A DNA stretch of 32,000 bases from Acholeplasma laidlawii PG-8A (GTDB taxonomy: Bacteria > Bacillota_I > Bacilli_A > Acholeplasmatales > Acholeplasmataceae), in the NCBI RefSeq assembly GCF_000018785.1, contig NC_010163.1, forward strand, positions 1,050,001 through 1,082,000, read 5' to 3'. Each line of letters opens with the position of its first letter. Position 1 is the stretch's first letter. Below the pieces are notes generated by a model. It was not told the DNA's origin. It saw only the letters and a program-made list of their open reading frames with translations, and did not search any database. This document shows positions 1-7,614 of the stretch, piece by piece. A program made the position numbers and the translations under genes.

Positions 1-289
1 GAATTAATTCCAAGCCATTTTCTTTAAAAAAAGCTAAAATTTCTAGTGGCCCGAATTGTTTTAATGCTGGATAAATAAACTTTTTATTTTGGATTGTTAG
101 GGTATCGATAAAATCTCTAATATTTAAATTATTGGTTACATTACAACGCTTACCACCAGTTAATAAAACCTTTTTACCCACTTGTTCATTTTTTTCTAGT
201 AAGACGTAGTTTATTTTTGCTTTTTCTAATTGGTTTGCGGCCATTAATCCTGCTGGTCCACCACCAATAATGATTACATCATATGTCAT
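1..289 (-). CDS. NAD(P)/FAD-dependent oxidoreductase, HI0933/YhiN-like flavoprotein family, N-terminal part (runs off window)
   Basis: Reverse complement reads MTYDVIIIGGGPAGLMAANQLEKAKINYVLLEKNEQVGKKVLLTGGKRCNVTN..., with a GGGPAG dinucleotide-binding motif and the GGKRCNVTN motif typical of this family. Confidence 0.85.
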   Translation of the reverse strand, partial: MTYDVIIIGGGPAGLMAANQLEKAKINYVLLEKNEQVGKKVLLTGGKRCNVTNNLNIRDFIDTLTIQNKKFIYPALKQFGPLEILAFFKENGLELI

Positions 290-350
290 ATATTTTGTTT
301 CCTTAATCTATCATTTAATATGTCTATTATACACTATAGCTGTAAGTAAA

Positions 351-378
351 AAGTGCATCAGCGGAAACTGATGCACTT
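351..378 (-). terminator. Rho-independent terminator downstream of the TrkA-family gene
   Basis: 11-bp perfect stem AAGTGCATCAG/CTGATGCACTT with a T-rich tract on the minus strand. Confidence 0.8.
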
Positions 379-386
379 ATTTAAAA

Positions 387-1055
387 TTACTTATTAAATA
401 TGCTAATTACTTTTGGTAAGTCTTTTTTTCTACCAAATATAAAGATTTCATCTAATGGTCTTAAAATAGAATCTTTATTAGGAACTAATATTTTGTTATT
501 ACGTTCTATAAGTAAAATGTTACTGCCATACATACTTCTTAAATCAAGTTCTGTAATCGGTGTTGGTTCAAAATCTTCTGGGATATTTATCTCAAAAACA
601 TCAAAATCATTTTTGATGTTAAAATAATCAACCACATTACCAAGGGCTATACGGTTTGCTACTCGTTCACTTGCAATACCTAGTGGACTTACAACATCTG
701 TAGCTCCAACAAGTTTTAAGATAGATGCATAATCTTCTTCATCTGCTCTTGCTGTGATTTGCTTTACACCTAGTTCTTTTAGCTTGATGATTGTAATAAT
801 ACTTGCAGTTAAGTTATTTCTTTCGTTTTGTCCAAAAGCAACAATTGCATGGTCCACATTAGAAATACCACTTGCTTTAAGTGCTTCTTCGTCTGTGGAA
901 TCACAAACAAAAACATTTGAAATGACTTCACTTGCCTTTTTAACTGAGTCTTTGTTATTATCAATTGCTATGAGTTCAACATTCAGTTTACTAAAACTAT
1001 CTACTAGGTTTAAGCCAAATCGGCTTAAACCAATGATACCTATTATTTTTTTCAT
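387..1055 (-). CDS. ktrA: TrkA/KtrA family potassium uptake regulatory protein (RCK_N + RCK_C)
   Basis: 222 aa ORF, IIGLSRFGLNLVDSF Rossmann start, TrkA-C like C-terminus; adjacent to a TrkH/KtrB family gene. Confidence 0.9.
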   Translation of the reverse strand: MKKIIGIIGLSRFGLNLVDSFSKLNVELIAIDNNKDSVKKASEVISNVFVCDSTDEEALKASGISNVDHAIVAFGQNERNNLTASIITIIKLKELGVKQITARADEEDYASILKLVGATDVVSPLGIASERVANRIALGNVVDYFNIKNDFDVFEINIPEDFEPTPITELDLRSMYGSNILLIERNNKILVPNKDSILRPLDEIFIFGRKKDLPKVISIFNK

Positions 1056-1062
1056 AAATTTG

Positions 1063-2388
1063 TCATCCTATCATCATTTTTTCTTCAATATATTCGATAC
1101 TGTCCATACCTTTTTTATACCATTGGGTATTAAAAATGCTAATGATTGTTATCGGTCCAACTCTACCTATAAACATGACTATACTCAAGACTATTTTAGA
1201 AGCATTTGACAATGTAGGTGTTAGATTCATGGATAACCCGACGTTAGCGAATGCTGATATGACTTCAAATATTGCTTTTTCTAAATCAATATTTTCCATC
1301 ATTATTATCAGTGATGTAGCTACCAAAACAATCATAATCGCAGTAGTTAATAAAATGCTAGCTTTATGCCTAGTTTCATCAGTAATTAAACGGTTATGTG
1401 TCGTCGTAGTTTTTCCTTTAGCATAACTTGTCGTACTTTTAAACAGTGCATATAGTGTCGTAGTCTTAATCCCACCACCTGTGGAGGATGGAGATGCTCC
1501 GATAAACATTAAAACCATTAGAATAAGTGCTGTTAAGGAAGATATGGTACCCATATTGATTGTTGTAAAACCTGCAGTTCTAGCTGTTACACTTAAGAAA
1601 AAGGCTTCTAATACATTTAAGTTTTTACCATCTACTTTACTTAGTAGGAAAAACCCAAAACCTAAACTCCATAACACTAAATTGACCTTAAGTACAATTT
1701 TTGAGTGTATCATCAATTTCTTATACGATTTCTTAGTTAATATATCATTTAACACAATAAACCCTAGACCACCAAGCATAATTAAGATTGCAGTACTTAA
1801 ATTAAGCAATACATGTCCATTATAACCTTGAAGACTTTGATCACCTAAAATATCAAACCCAGCATTATTAAAACTTGATACCGCATGAAATAAACTGAGT
1901 CCTATTGCATCAACAAGCTCATATTGTGGAACAAAGACAATCATATTGGCTATAAAGCCAAAACTTTCAATGACGAGTGTAAAGATAATAATCTTTTTAA
2001 CTAATTTAACCATACCCGATAAACTGGTTTGGTTAAAACTTTCTTTGATTAATATTCTGTTTGATAAACCTATTTTTGCTCCAATTAGATACATGACAAA
2101 AACTGATATGGTGATTACACTTAATCCACCGATTTGAATAAGTATACCTAATACGACTTTACCAAATGGACTAAGTAGCGTGGATAAGTTTGCCACTGGT
2201 GATAATCCAGTAATAGTCACAGCAGATGTTGAAATAAAAAGTGCATCTACAAAACTCAAATGTCCCTGTGCCTGTTTTGATATCGGTAGTATGAGTAAAA
2301 TACCACCTATTAATATAATAGATAGAAACGATAAAACAATTATGATGTATGGTGAAATTTTCTTCATTATTATAATCATCTTTCTCAT
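1063..2388 (-). CDS. ktrB: TrkH/KtrB family potassium transporter (start may be 2367, at MKKISPYI)
   Basis: 441 aa multi-TM ORF with repeated selectivity-filter-like segments (STSAVTITGL, FNNAGFD, TARTAGFTT, GGGIKTTT). Confidence 0.9.
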   Translation of the reverse strand: MRKMIIIMKKISPYIIIVLSFLSIILIGGILLILPISKQAQGHLSFVDALFISTSAVTITGLSPVANLSTLLSPFGKVVLGILIQIGGLSVITISVFVMYLIGAKIGLSNRILIKESFNQTSLSGMVKLVKKIIIFTLVIESFGFIANMIVFVPQYELVDAIGLSLFHAVSSFNNAGFDILGDQSLQGYNGHVLLNLSTAILIMLGGLGFIVLNDILTKKSYKKLMIHSKIVLKVNLVLWSLGFGFFLLSKVDGKNLNVLEAFFLSVTARTAGFTTINMGTISSLTALILMVLMFIGASPSSTGGGIKTTTLYALFKSTTSYAKGKTTTTHNRLITDETRHKASILLTTAIMIVLVATSLIIMMENIDLEKAIFEVISAFANVGLSMNLTPTLSNASKIVLSIVMFIGRVGPITIISIFNTQWYKKGMDSIEYIEEKMMIG

Positions 2389-2553
2389 ATTAAAACTGTA
2401 GTCTTTACAGTAACATATTTAATTATACCCTTAATTAGATAATATTGCTCAATTTTTGGTAATCGTAATCACTGAATCTCGTTCAAATGTACACATTAAA
2501 AAGACTTATATTCTGCAACTTATTCCCATAAACATGAATCTTATTCTTATTTA

Positions 2554-2581
2554 TTGATTTCAAAAGAAATTGATTTATAAT
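2554..2581 (+). promoter_or_regulatory. Putative sigma-70/A promoter for 2632..3441
   Basis: TTGATT - 16 nt - TATAAT. Confidence 0.55.
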
Positions 2582-2631
2582 ATTTCTTGCGTATTGGTTT
2601 TTATGACCAGTGAAAGGATTTATTAAATAAC

Positions 2632-3441
2632 ATGAAATACCTATTAGACTTACTCAACTCTGACATGATAAAGCCTGAAGCCTATCAGTCTTTATCAAAA
2701 AGTTGGTTTCACTACTTATCTTTAGTTATTACGATATTAGTGATCATTAAACTTACTAAAACATTTAAAACTGCTGATGATATAAAATTAAAACGAATGC
2801 TACTTGTTTTTGGAATTGTGATGTTAATATTAGAAATTTATAAACAAATCATCTTTACTTACCAAGTAAATGCTTACCAGTGGTATGCCTTTCCATTCCA
2901 GTTTTGTTCAACGCCCATGTATTTATTTGTTATCTACGGACTTAATAAGAACAAAAAAGTGGATCAATACTTATTATCATTTCTAGCAACTTATAGTACC
3001 TTTGCAGGTATTGCAGTCATGCTATACCCTGCAGATGTCTTTATAGAAACAATTGGAATCAATATTCAAACCATAGTACATCACGGCCTTATGGCTGCAG
3101 TAGGATTTAGTTTACTTCTAACTAAAGCAAAGATATCCTTTAAATACTTCTTAAAGGGTAGTGCAGTATTCTCAGTACTAATGGTTATAGCGATGATCAT
3201 GAACTGGGTGTTTAATATGCAAGGCATTGATGCAACATTTAATATGTTCTTTATCAATGAAAGATTTGGTTCTCATTTACCTATCTTAATGGATATTGAA
3301 CCACTGGTACCGCATCTAGCATTCTTAGCCATATACCTCTTTGGGTTTAGTTTTGTTGCAAGTATTATCTTCATGATAGGTTATCTATTTAGAACTATCA
3401 TTTATAAAGAAAAATATAAATTAATCGATCTATTTCAATAA
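2632..3441 (+). CDS. TIGR02206/YwaF family integral membrane protein
   Basis: 269 aa, about 7 hydrophobic segments, QWYAFPFQFCSTPMYLFV and a conserved His-containing HHGLM segment. Confidence 0.7.
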   Translation: MKYLLDLLNSDMIKPEAYQSLSKSWFHYLSLVITILVIIKLTKTFKTADDIKLKRMLLVFGIVMLILEIYKQIIFTYQVNAYQWYAFPFQFCSTPMYLFVIYGLNKNKKVDQYLLSFLATYSTFAGIAVMLYPADVFIETIGINIQTIVHHGLMAAVGFSLLLTKAKISFKYFLKGSAVFSVLMVIAMIMNWVFNMQGIDATFNMFFINERFGSHLPILMDIEPLVPHLAFLAIYLFGFSFVASIIFMIGYLFRTIIYKEKYKLIDLFQ

Positions 3442-3480
3442 AGTAGTGATCCCAAAGAATTTGGGTTTGCTACTTTTATT
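3440..3480 (+). terminator. Probable terminator after 2632..3441
   Basis: Nested stem AAAGTAG...CCCAAA/TTTGGG...CTACTTT followed by a T-rich stretch. Confidence 0.6.
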
Positions 3481-3518
3481 ATTTATTGCATACATTTCAT
3501 GTTTTTTACCTTCTTAAT

Positions 3519-3542
3519 ATATACTATGTGATATACTATGTG
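3519..3542 (+). promoter_or_regulatory. Tandem 12-bp duplication (ATATACTATGTG)x2 in the ldh promoter/leader, containing two TATACT -10-like elements
   Basis: Two exact adjacent copies, 3519-3530 and 3531-3542, just upstream of AGGAGG and the ldh ATG. Confidence 0.6.
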
Positions 3543-3557
3543 TATAGGAGGCATTTC

Positions 3558-4502
3558 ATGAAAAATAGAGTTGTTATTGTAGGTACTGGTTTTGTAGGCA
3601 TGAGCTATGCTTATGCACTTTTAAACCAAGGAACTTTAGAAGAAATTATATTAGTAGATATTGATTCAAGAAAAGCCGAAGGTGAGGCAATGGATTTAAA
3701 CCATGGGCTAGCGTTTGCACCAAGAAAGATGCTCATTCGTTCTGGTACATATGAAGATTGTAAGGATGCTAAACTAGTTGTTATTACAGCAGGCGTTAAT
3801 CAAAAAGATGGAGAAACAAGAATTGATCTTTTAAACAGAAATGCTAAGATTATGCAGTCTGTTGTAAAAGAGATTATGAAACATGGTTTTAACGGCATCT
3901 TTTTAGTTGCAACAAACCCGGTGGATATCTTAACCTATATTGTATGGAAATCCTCTGGATTACCATCAAATAGAGTCATTGGTAGTGGTACTTCTCTTGA
4001 TACTGCAAGACTTCGTTATGAGATATCTCAATACATCAACATTGATGTTCGAAACATCCATGCATATATCTTAGGTGAACATGGAGATTCTGAGTTTGTT
4101 TGTTGGTCAAATGCCTTTGTTGGCGTTAAACCTTTAAAAGATGTTATAGACTCCATGCCTGCACAAATAAAGTTTTCTGATTTAGATAAGATTTACCTTG
4201 ACGTAAAAAATTCAGCCTATGAAATTATCCAAAGAAAAAGAGCCACTTATTATGGTATTGGTATGGCCTTAGTACGTATAACAAAGGCTATTTTCAATAA
4301 TGAAAACAGAATTCTACCCATATCAGTATTTAACGATGATGACTATGATATTGATAATCTCTATATTGGCTTACCAGCTGTATTAAATGAAAATGGGGTA
4401 GACCATGTAGTAAAACTTAATTTAAATGATGAAGAGTTAAAATCACTTAAAAAATCTTCAAGTATATTAAAACATAGTATAGATTCCATCACTTTAGAAT
4501 AG
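3558..4502 (+). CDS. ldh: L-lactate dehydrogenase
   Basis: MKNRVVIVGTGFVGMSYAYALL, VATNPVDILTY, GEHGDSEF active-site region; AGGAGG RBS 6 nt upstream of ATG 3558, so the longer ORF start at 3486 is unlikely. Confidence 0.93.
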   Translation: MKNRVVIVGTGFVGMSYAYALLNQGTLEEIILVDIDSRKAEGEAMDLNHGLAFAPRKMLIRSGTYEDCKDAKLVVITAGVNQKDGETRIDLLNRNAKIMQSVVKEIMKHGFNGIFLVATNPVDILTYIVWKSSGLPSNRVIGSGTSLDTARLRYEISQYINIDVRNIHAYILGEHGDSEFVCWSNAFVGVKPLKDVIDSMPAQIKFSDLDKIYLDVKNSAYEIIQRKRATYYGIGMALVRITKAIFNNENRILPISVFNDDDYDIDNLYIGLPAVLNENGVDHVVKLNLNDEELKSLKKSSSILKHSIDSITLE

Positions 4503-4504
4503 AC

Positions 4505-4539
4505 AAAGGATAAGCCTTCTAAGGCTTATCCTTTATTTT
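4505..4539 (+). terminator. Terminator of ldh (14-bp stem), overlapping the 3' end of the convergent gene 4526..4987
   Basis: AAAGGATAAGCCTT-CT-AAGGCTTATCCTTT followed by ATTTTT. Confidence 0.8.
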
Positions 4540-4987
4540 TCATAACTTCTAATATAGGTTTTAGATCACGAAATAATTCTAATGGAAATATACTAGTATC
4601 TAAATATAATGCGAAGTTCTTTCTTATATAGTGCATGTACTCTTTAGCATTTTTTAGATAACTGTAAGAAAGTTCATAATCATCAATTACTGATGCAATC
4701 ATTAAATTTTCAAATACACTTACAATCAGATCGTTATATACTGGAGTTGGTGGATTTAGTAAGTCAATTTCTTCCCTAATATAATCATCTATTTTAGATA
4801 AATACTCAAATAAAGATTTTTTTGACATAAATACATCTTGACTACTTTTAAGTAGTTCAATAAGTAATTTATCCATTTTTACCTTATCTTTTATCATGTA
4901 ATCTGGATAATTGTCTTTATCATCCTTAGCTTTAACTCTAATGCCATCTAAATATTTTAGAAGTTCATTCTTTAATTCATTTTTCAT
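4526..4987 (-). CDS. Hypothetical, mostly helical protein of about 153 aa, downstream of a SAM-type riboswitch
   Basis: ORF 4526..4993 (first codon GTG; ATG at 4987 preferred). No family recognised. Confidence 0.75.
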   Translation of the reverse strand: MKNELKNELLKYLDGIRVKAKDDKDNYPDYMIKDKVKMDKLLIELLKSSQDVFMSKKSLFEYLSKIDDYIREEIDLLNPPTPVYNDLIVSVFENLMIASVIDDYELSYSYLKNAKEYMHYIRKNFALYLDTSIFPLELFRDLKPILEVMKNKG

Positions 4988-5002
4988 ATACACTTCTTTC
5001 TA

Positions 5003-5036
5003 CCAAAAAGAAAGACGCCATCACATGATGGCGTCC
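5003..5036 (-). terminator. Expression-platform intrinsic terminator of the riboswitch leader
   Basis: Minus strand GACGCCATCA-TG-TGATGGCGTC followed by TTTCTTTTT, between the aptamer and the start codon of the unknown gene. Confidence 0.9.
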
Positions 5037-5049
5037 ATTAGATAAGTTT

Positions 5050-5147
5050 ATCTTATGTATCCATCATTCAAGCATTAGCACCTTACTTAGTTTTGCAGGT
5101 TGCTGAAGGGTCATAGAGCTTGTCTCTAACCTTCTCTTTATGGTAGT
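5050..5147 (-). ncRNA. SAM-I (S-box) family riboswitch aptamer
   Basis: Minus strand AAAGAGAAGGTTAGAGACAAGCTCTATGACCCTTCAGCAACCTGCAAAACTAAGTAAGGTGCTAAT matches the S-box core (AAGAGA, P2 with kink-turn UGA, CAGCAACC, AAGGUGCUAA). P1 and P4 are less canonical. Confidence 0.82.
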
Positions 5148-5150
5148 TTT

Positions 5151-5178
5151 ATTTTAACTTAAATTAATTAATTGTCAA
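5151..5178 (-). promoter_or_regulatory. Promoter of the riboswitch leader
   Basis: Minus strand TTGACA - 16 nt - TAAAAT, immediately upstream of the aptamer. Confidence 0.7.
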
Positions 5179-5203
5179 CTATAATATTCAAATAATAATA
5201 ACT

Positions 5204-6124
5204 TTATCTAAGTAATGATGATTCAATTGATAGTGTATAATCAATTAAAAACTGATCGACATCTAAATTAAACCCGTGTCTAATTAAGTCTTTATATGCT
5301 TCATGTGCATAGGTAGAATGAATTACAAGTGAATTCATAAGTGCTTTATAAAGGTATGAATCGCGCATTTTATAATCATGTTTTACATGATATAAAAATG
5401 CGTGATAAGTCTCCAGACTGGTTTCATAGTTTTTGACATTGATATAGATAAAATATGCTTCGAATTTCTTAAGTATTTGTTCATAAATATCAAAATCAAT
5501 CGTTTCTTGCTGGGTCATAAAACTTAAGAATTTATCCATAAGCATGATATAGAAGAATAACGATAGATTAGAATTATAGTCAATGAGCATTTGACCAAAC
5601 TTCTTAGGATCAATTATGTTATCTTCTTTAAAATAACTATGGTAGATAAACTTAATTAAGTGGACAATTAAATTCTCTGTACCAAGTGATTTAAGTGATT
5701 CTAAAATCACTTGGTAGTGTATTTTAAATTCGTCTTTAGTAATCTTGTTAATTAAGTACTCAAACTCTAATTTAAATGCTTCTACCATGAGTGTTTCTAT
5801 TTTGTTATCGGATTTATATTTTAAGATAAGTTCATAAATAGGACCAATATCCATGAAGTGATACATGTGCACTCTAATAGCAAATCTATTCACACCAGTA
5901 TCCGACTTATCAAAGTGAATCATATAGGTCATGAATTGACCCATACCCGTATCTAATCTATCTAATAGTCTTGAAAAGATAGTAAAGTTAACTTTTGACC
6001 CATTTTTAATTTGTCTAAGATATGTTCTTTCTGAAATGATACCTTCACATAGATCAGCTATTGTATAGCCTTTGGCAATTCTTAATTCATCTAATAATTT
6101 ATAATAACTACCATATTTTTCCAT
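5204..6124 (-). CDS. Rgg/PlcR-like HTH (XRE-type) transcriptional regulator with a long helical C-terminal domain
   Basis: N-terminal HTH YYKLLDELRIAKGYTIADLCEGIISERTYLRQIKNG, then a helical, repeat-like region. ORF 5204..6142 with internal ATG at 6124. Confidence 0.7.
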   Translation of the reverse strand: MEKYGSYYKLLDELRIAKGYTIADLCEGIISERTYLRQIKNGSKVNFTIFSRLLDRLDTGMGQFMTYMIHFDKSDTGVNRFAIRVHMYHFMDIGPIYELILKYKSDNKIETLMVEAFKLEFEYLINKITKDEFKIHYQVILESLKSLGTENLIVHLIKFIYHSYFKEDNIIDPKKFGQMLIDYNSNLSLFFYIMLMDKFLSFMTQQETIDFDIYEQILKKFEAYFIYINVKNYETSLETYHAFLYHVKHDYKMRDSYLYKALMNSLVIHSTYAHEAYKDLIRHGFNLDVDQFLIDYTLSIESSLLR

Positions 6125-7079
6125 GTTTAAGCATCCCTTCATACATCGTATTTTGTTGATACAAACCTTTTTTTAAATAGTTTTTAAAGATTATCATATC
6201 TTCTTTAGTTACATCTAACTTATGCGGAATTGCTCCCTTTTCAAATACACTTAAATAAGAACTGATGTAACTAAATATGATAAAGTCATTTTCTAAGTTC
6301 TTTTCTTTTTGGAATTGATAAAGTATTCTAAATATTTTATGATCAAATACTGTACCTCTAAATTTAGTATGATAATCTAGTGCTCCAACGACTATTTTTT
6401 CTAAACGGTTTAATTCTTCATCATCTAATTTGTCAAGCAAGGTAAATGATAAGATACCTGTTACATGAATGATTGTTTTAGATATTTCTGTATACGAGTA
6501 ATAATGTCTAAAACTTGGATCAAATATTACTTTATATATAAAGTTTCCAATTTGTCTTCTTTCACTATCACCTACTAAATAAACAAAACTATAAAGTATA
6601 CCAGATATACCATCATCAATGATTCTACTTTCTAGTATGCTCTTTAAATCAAACTTTTGATGTAAATTTCTTAAAGATACTTCTTTAGATTGTTTATTTA
6701 ATTTATAAAGCATAAGTTCTATAGTTGCAGGTACAGATTTAGCACCAAATATCGTTTTAAGTTCTTTACCCATTACACCTGGATAAAACTCATCATATGC
6801 TTTTTGATAGTTTTCTCTTAAGATCGTTAAGAAGAAACTGGACTCCATTGGAAATTGACCTTCAATACTATTGACAACATAAAGAGAAAACTCTAAAAAA
6901 GGTATGGAAAGCTTTTCTAGTAATTTATTTAAATCATAAAAAGAAATACTTGCTTCATCATTTAATAATCTCGTATAGGTCTTTCTTGACATTATACCTT
7001 GAACTAAATCTTGTATCTTAATCTTGTGATTCGCTCTAATCGAATCTAGTGTTTTCATAATGTCTATACTTTCAAACAT
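6108..7079 (-). CDS. Second, paralogous Rgg/PlcR-like HTH regulator, overlapping the next gene start
   Basis: MKTLDSIRANHKIKIQDLVQGIMSRKTYTRLLND HTH; same layout as 5204..6124. Strong RBS (AGGGGGAT) before the ATG at 7079. Confidence 0.65.
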   Translation of the reverse strand: MFESIDIMKTLDSIRANHKIKIQDLVQGIMSRKTYTRLLNDEASISFYDLNKLLEKLSIPFLEFSLYVVNSIEGQFPMESSFFLTILRENYQKAYDEFYPGVMGKELKTIFGAKSVPATIELMLYKLNKQSKEVSLRNLHQKFDLKSILESRIIDDGISGILYSFVYLVGDSERRQIGNFIYKVIFDPSFRHYYSYTEISKTIIHVTGILSFTLLDKLDDEELNRLEKIVVGALDYHTKFRGTVFDHKIFRILYQFQKEKNLENDFIIFSYISSYLSVFEKGAIPHKLDVTKEDMIIFKNYLKKGLYQQNTMYEGMLKHGKIW

Positions 7080-7251
7080 ATATCCCCCTAACCTTTATAG
7101 AAAGAAAAGAACCTCTTTTTAATAAAAGTATATGTGCAAAAAATAGTATTCTGGATGTTATAAGCGTCATGATATATGAATATTGTATCACGTTAAGACA
7201 ATTTATGAAAATAATACCTAACATTTACATAAATATATGGGCTATAAAAAA

Positions 7252-7329
7252 ATAGTATGCCACCTTAAAACTCTCCCCTGACTAACTTGATTCTCCCAAG
7301 TTGACCCGACTTTTAAGGTGGCATACTAT
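7252..7329. repeat. 78-bp imperfectly palindromic element with perfect 19-bp terminal inverted repeats
   Basis: ATAGTATGCCACCTTAAAA (7252-7270) is the exact inverse of TTTTAAGGTGGCATACTAT (7311-7329); there is an inner AACTTG/CAAGTT arm. Confidence 0.85.
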
Positions 7330-7414
7330 ATCCTCTTTTTACTTCTTTATTTGAAAGAAGCGACTTCCTACTTTTTAAGTGCTATATGTCCCCTATACCC
7401 TTTAATCGTAAGAA

Positions 7415-7552
7415 TTAGTTAATATAATTAACTGAAGGATTCCTGATTACAAGATTCCTCACTATTATTGTAGCACCTACATTTAAGTAATCATATGACA
7501 AAACTGTCCCAAATCCTTTTATAAAGGTAAATTGTAATGGTTTTTTCCTCAT
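7415..7552 (-). CDS. Possible small protein, 45 aa (MRKKPLQFTFIKGFGTVLSYDYLNVGATIIVRNLVIRNPSVNYIN)
   Basis: Open frame with ATG and TAA between the secreted-protein gene and the HTH regulators; no convincing RBS. Confidence 0.25.
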   Translation of the reverse strand: MRKKPLQFTFIKGFGTVLSYDYLNVGATIIVRNLVIRNPSVNYIN

Positions 7553-7557
7553 TAATC

Positions 7558-7590
7558 AAAAAGATGCCGTTATTATCAGCATCTCTTTGA
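7558..7590 (-). terminator. Terminator after the secreted-protein gene
   Basis: Minus strand AGATGCTG-ATAATAA-CGGCATCT followed by TTTTTG. Confidence 0.7.
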
Positions 7591-7614
7591 TTAATATAAT
7601 GTTATTAGATATAT

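Noticed and set aside
400-2401. Several plus-strand ORFs (400..627, 754..1209, 1136..1426, 1481..1825, 1946..2137, 2180..2401)
   Set aside because: Antisense to well-supported trkA/ktrB family genes; sequences are reverse-frame shadows without family features.
2389-2631. Possible c-di-AMP (ydaO) or other riboswitch upstream of the K+ transporter genes
   Set aside because: No conserved ydaO-like motifs seen in the 5' region; only an ordinary promoter-like TATAAT.
3486-3557. Extended N-terminus of ldh (MHTFHVFYLLNIYYV...)
   Set aside because: Typical LDH N-terminus and an AGGAGG RBS support the start at 3558; the extension overlaps promoter elements.
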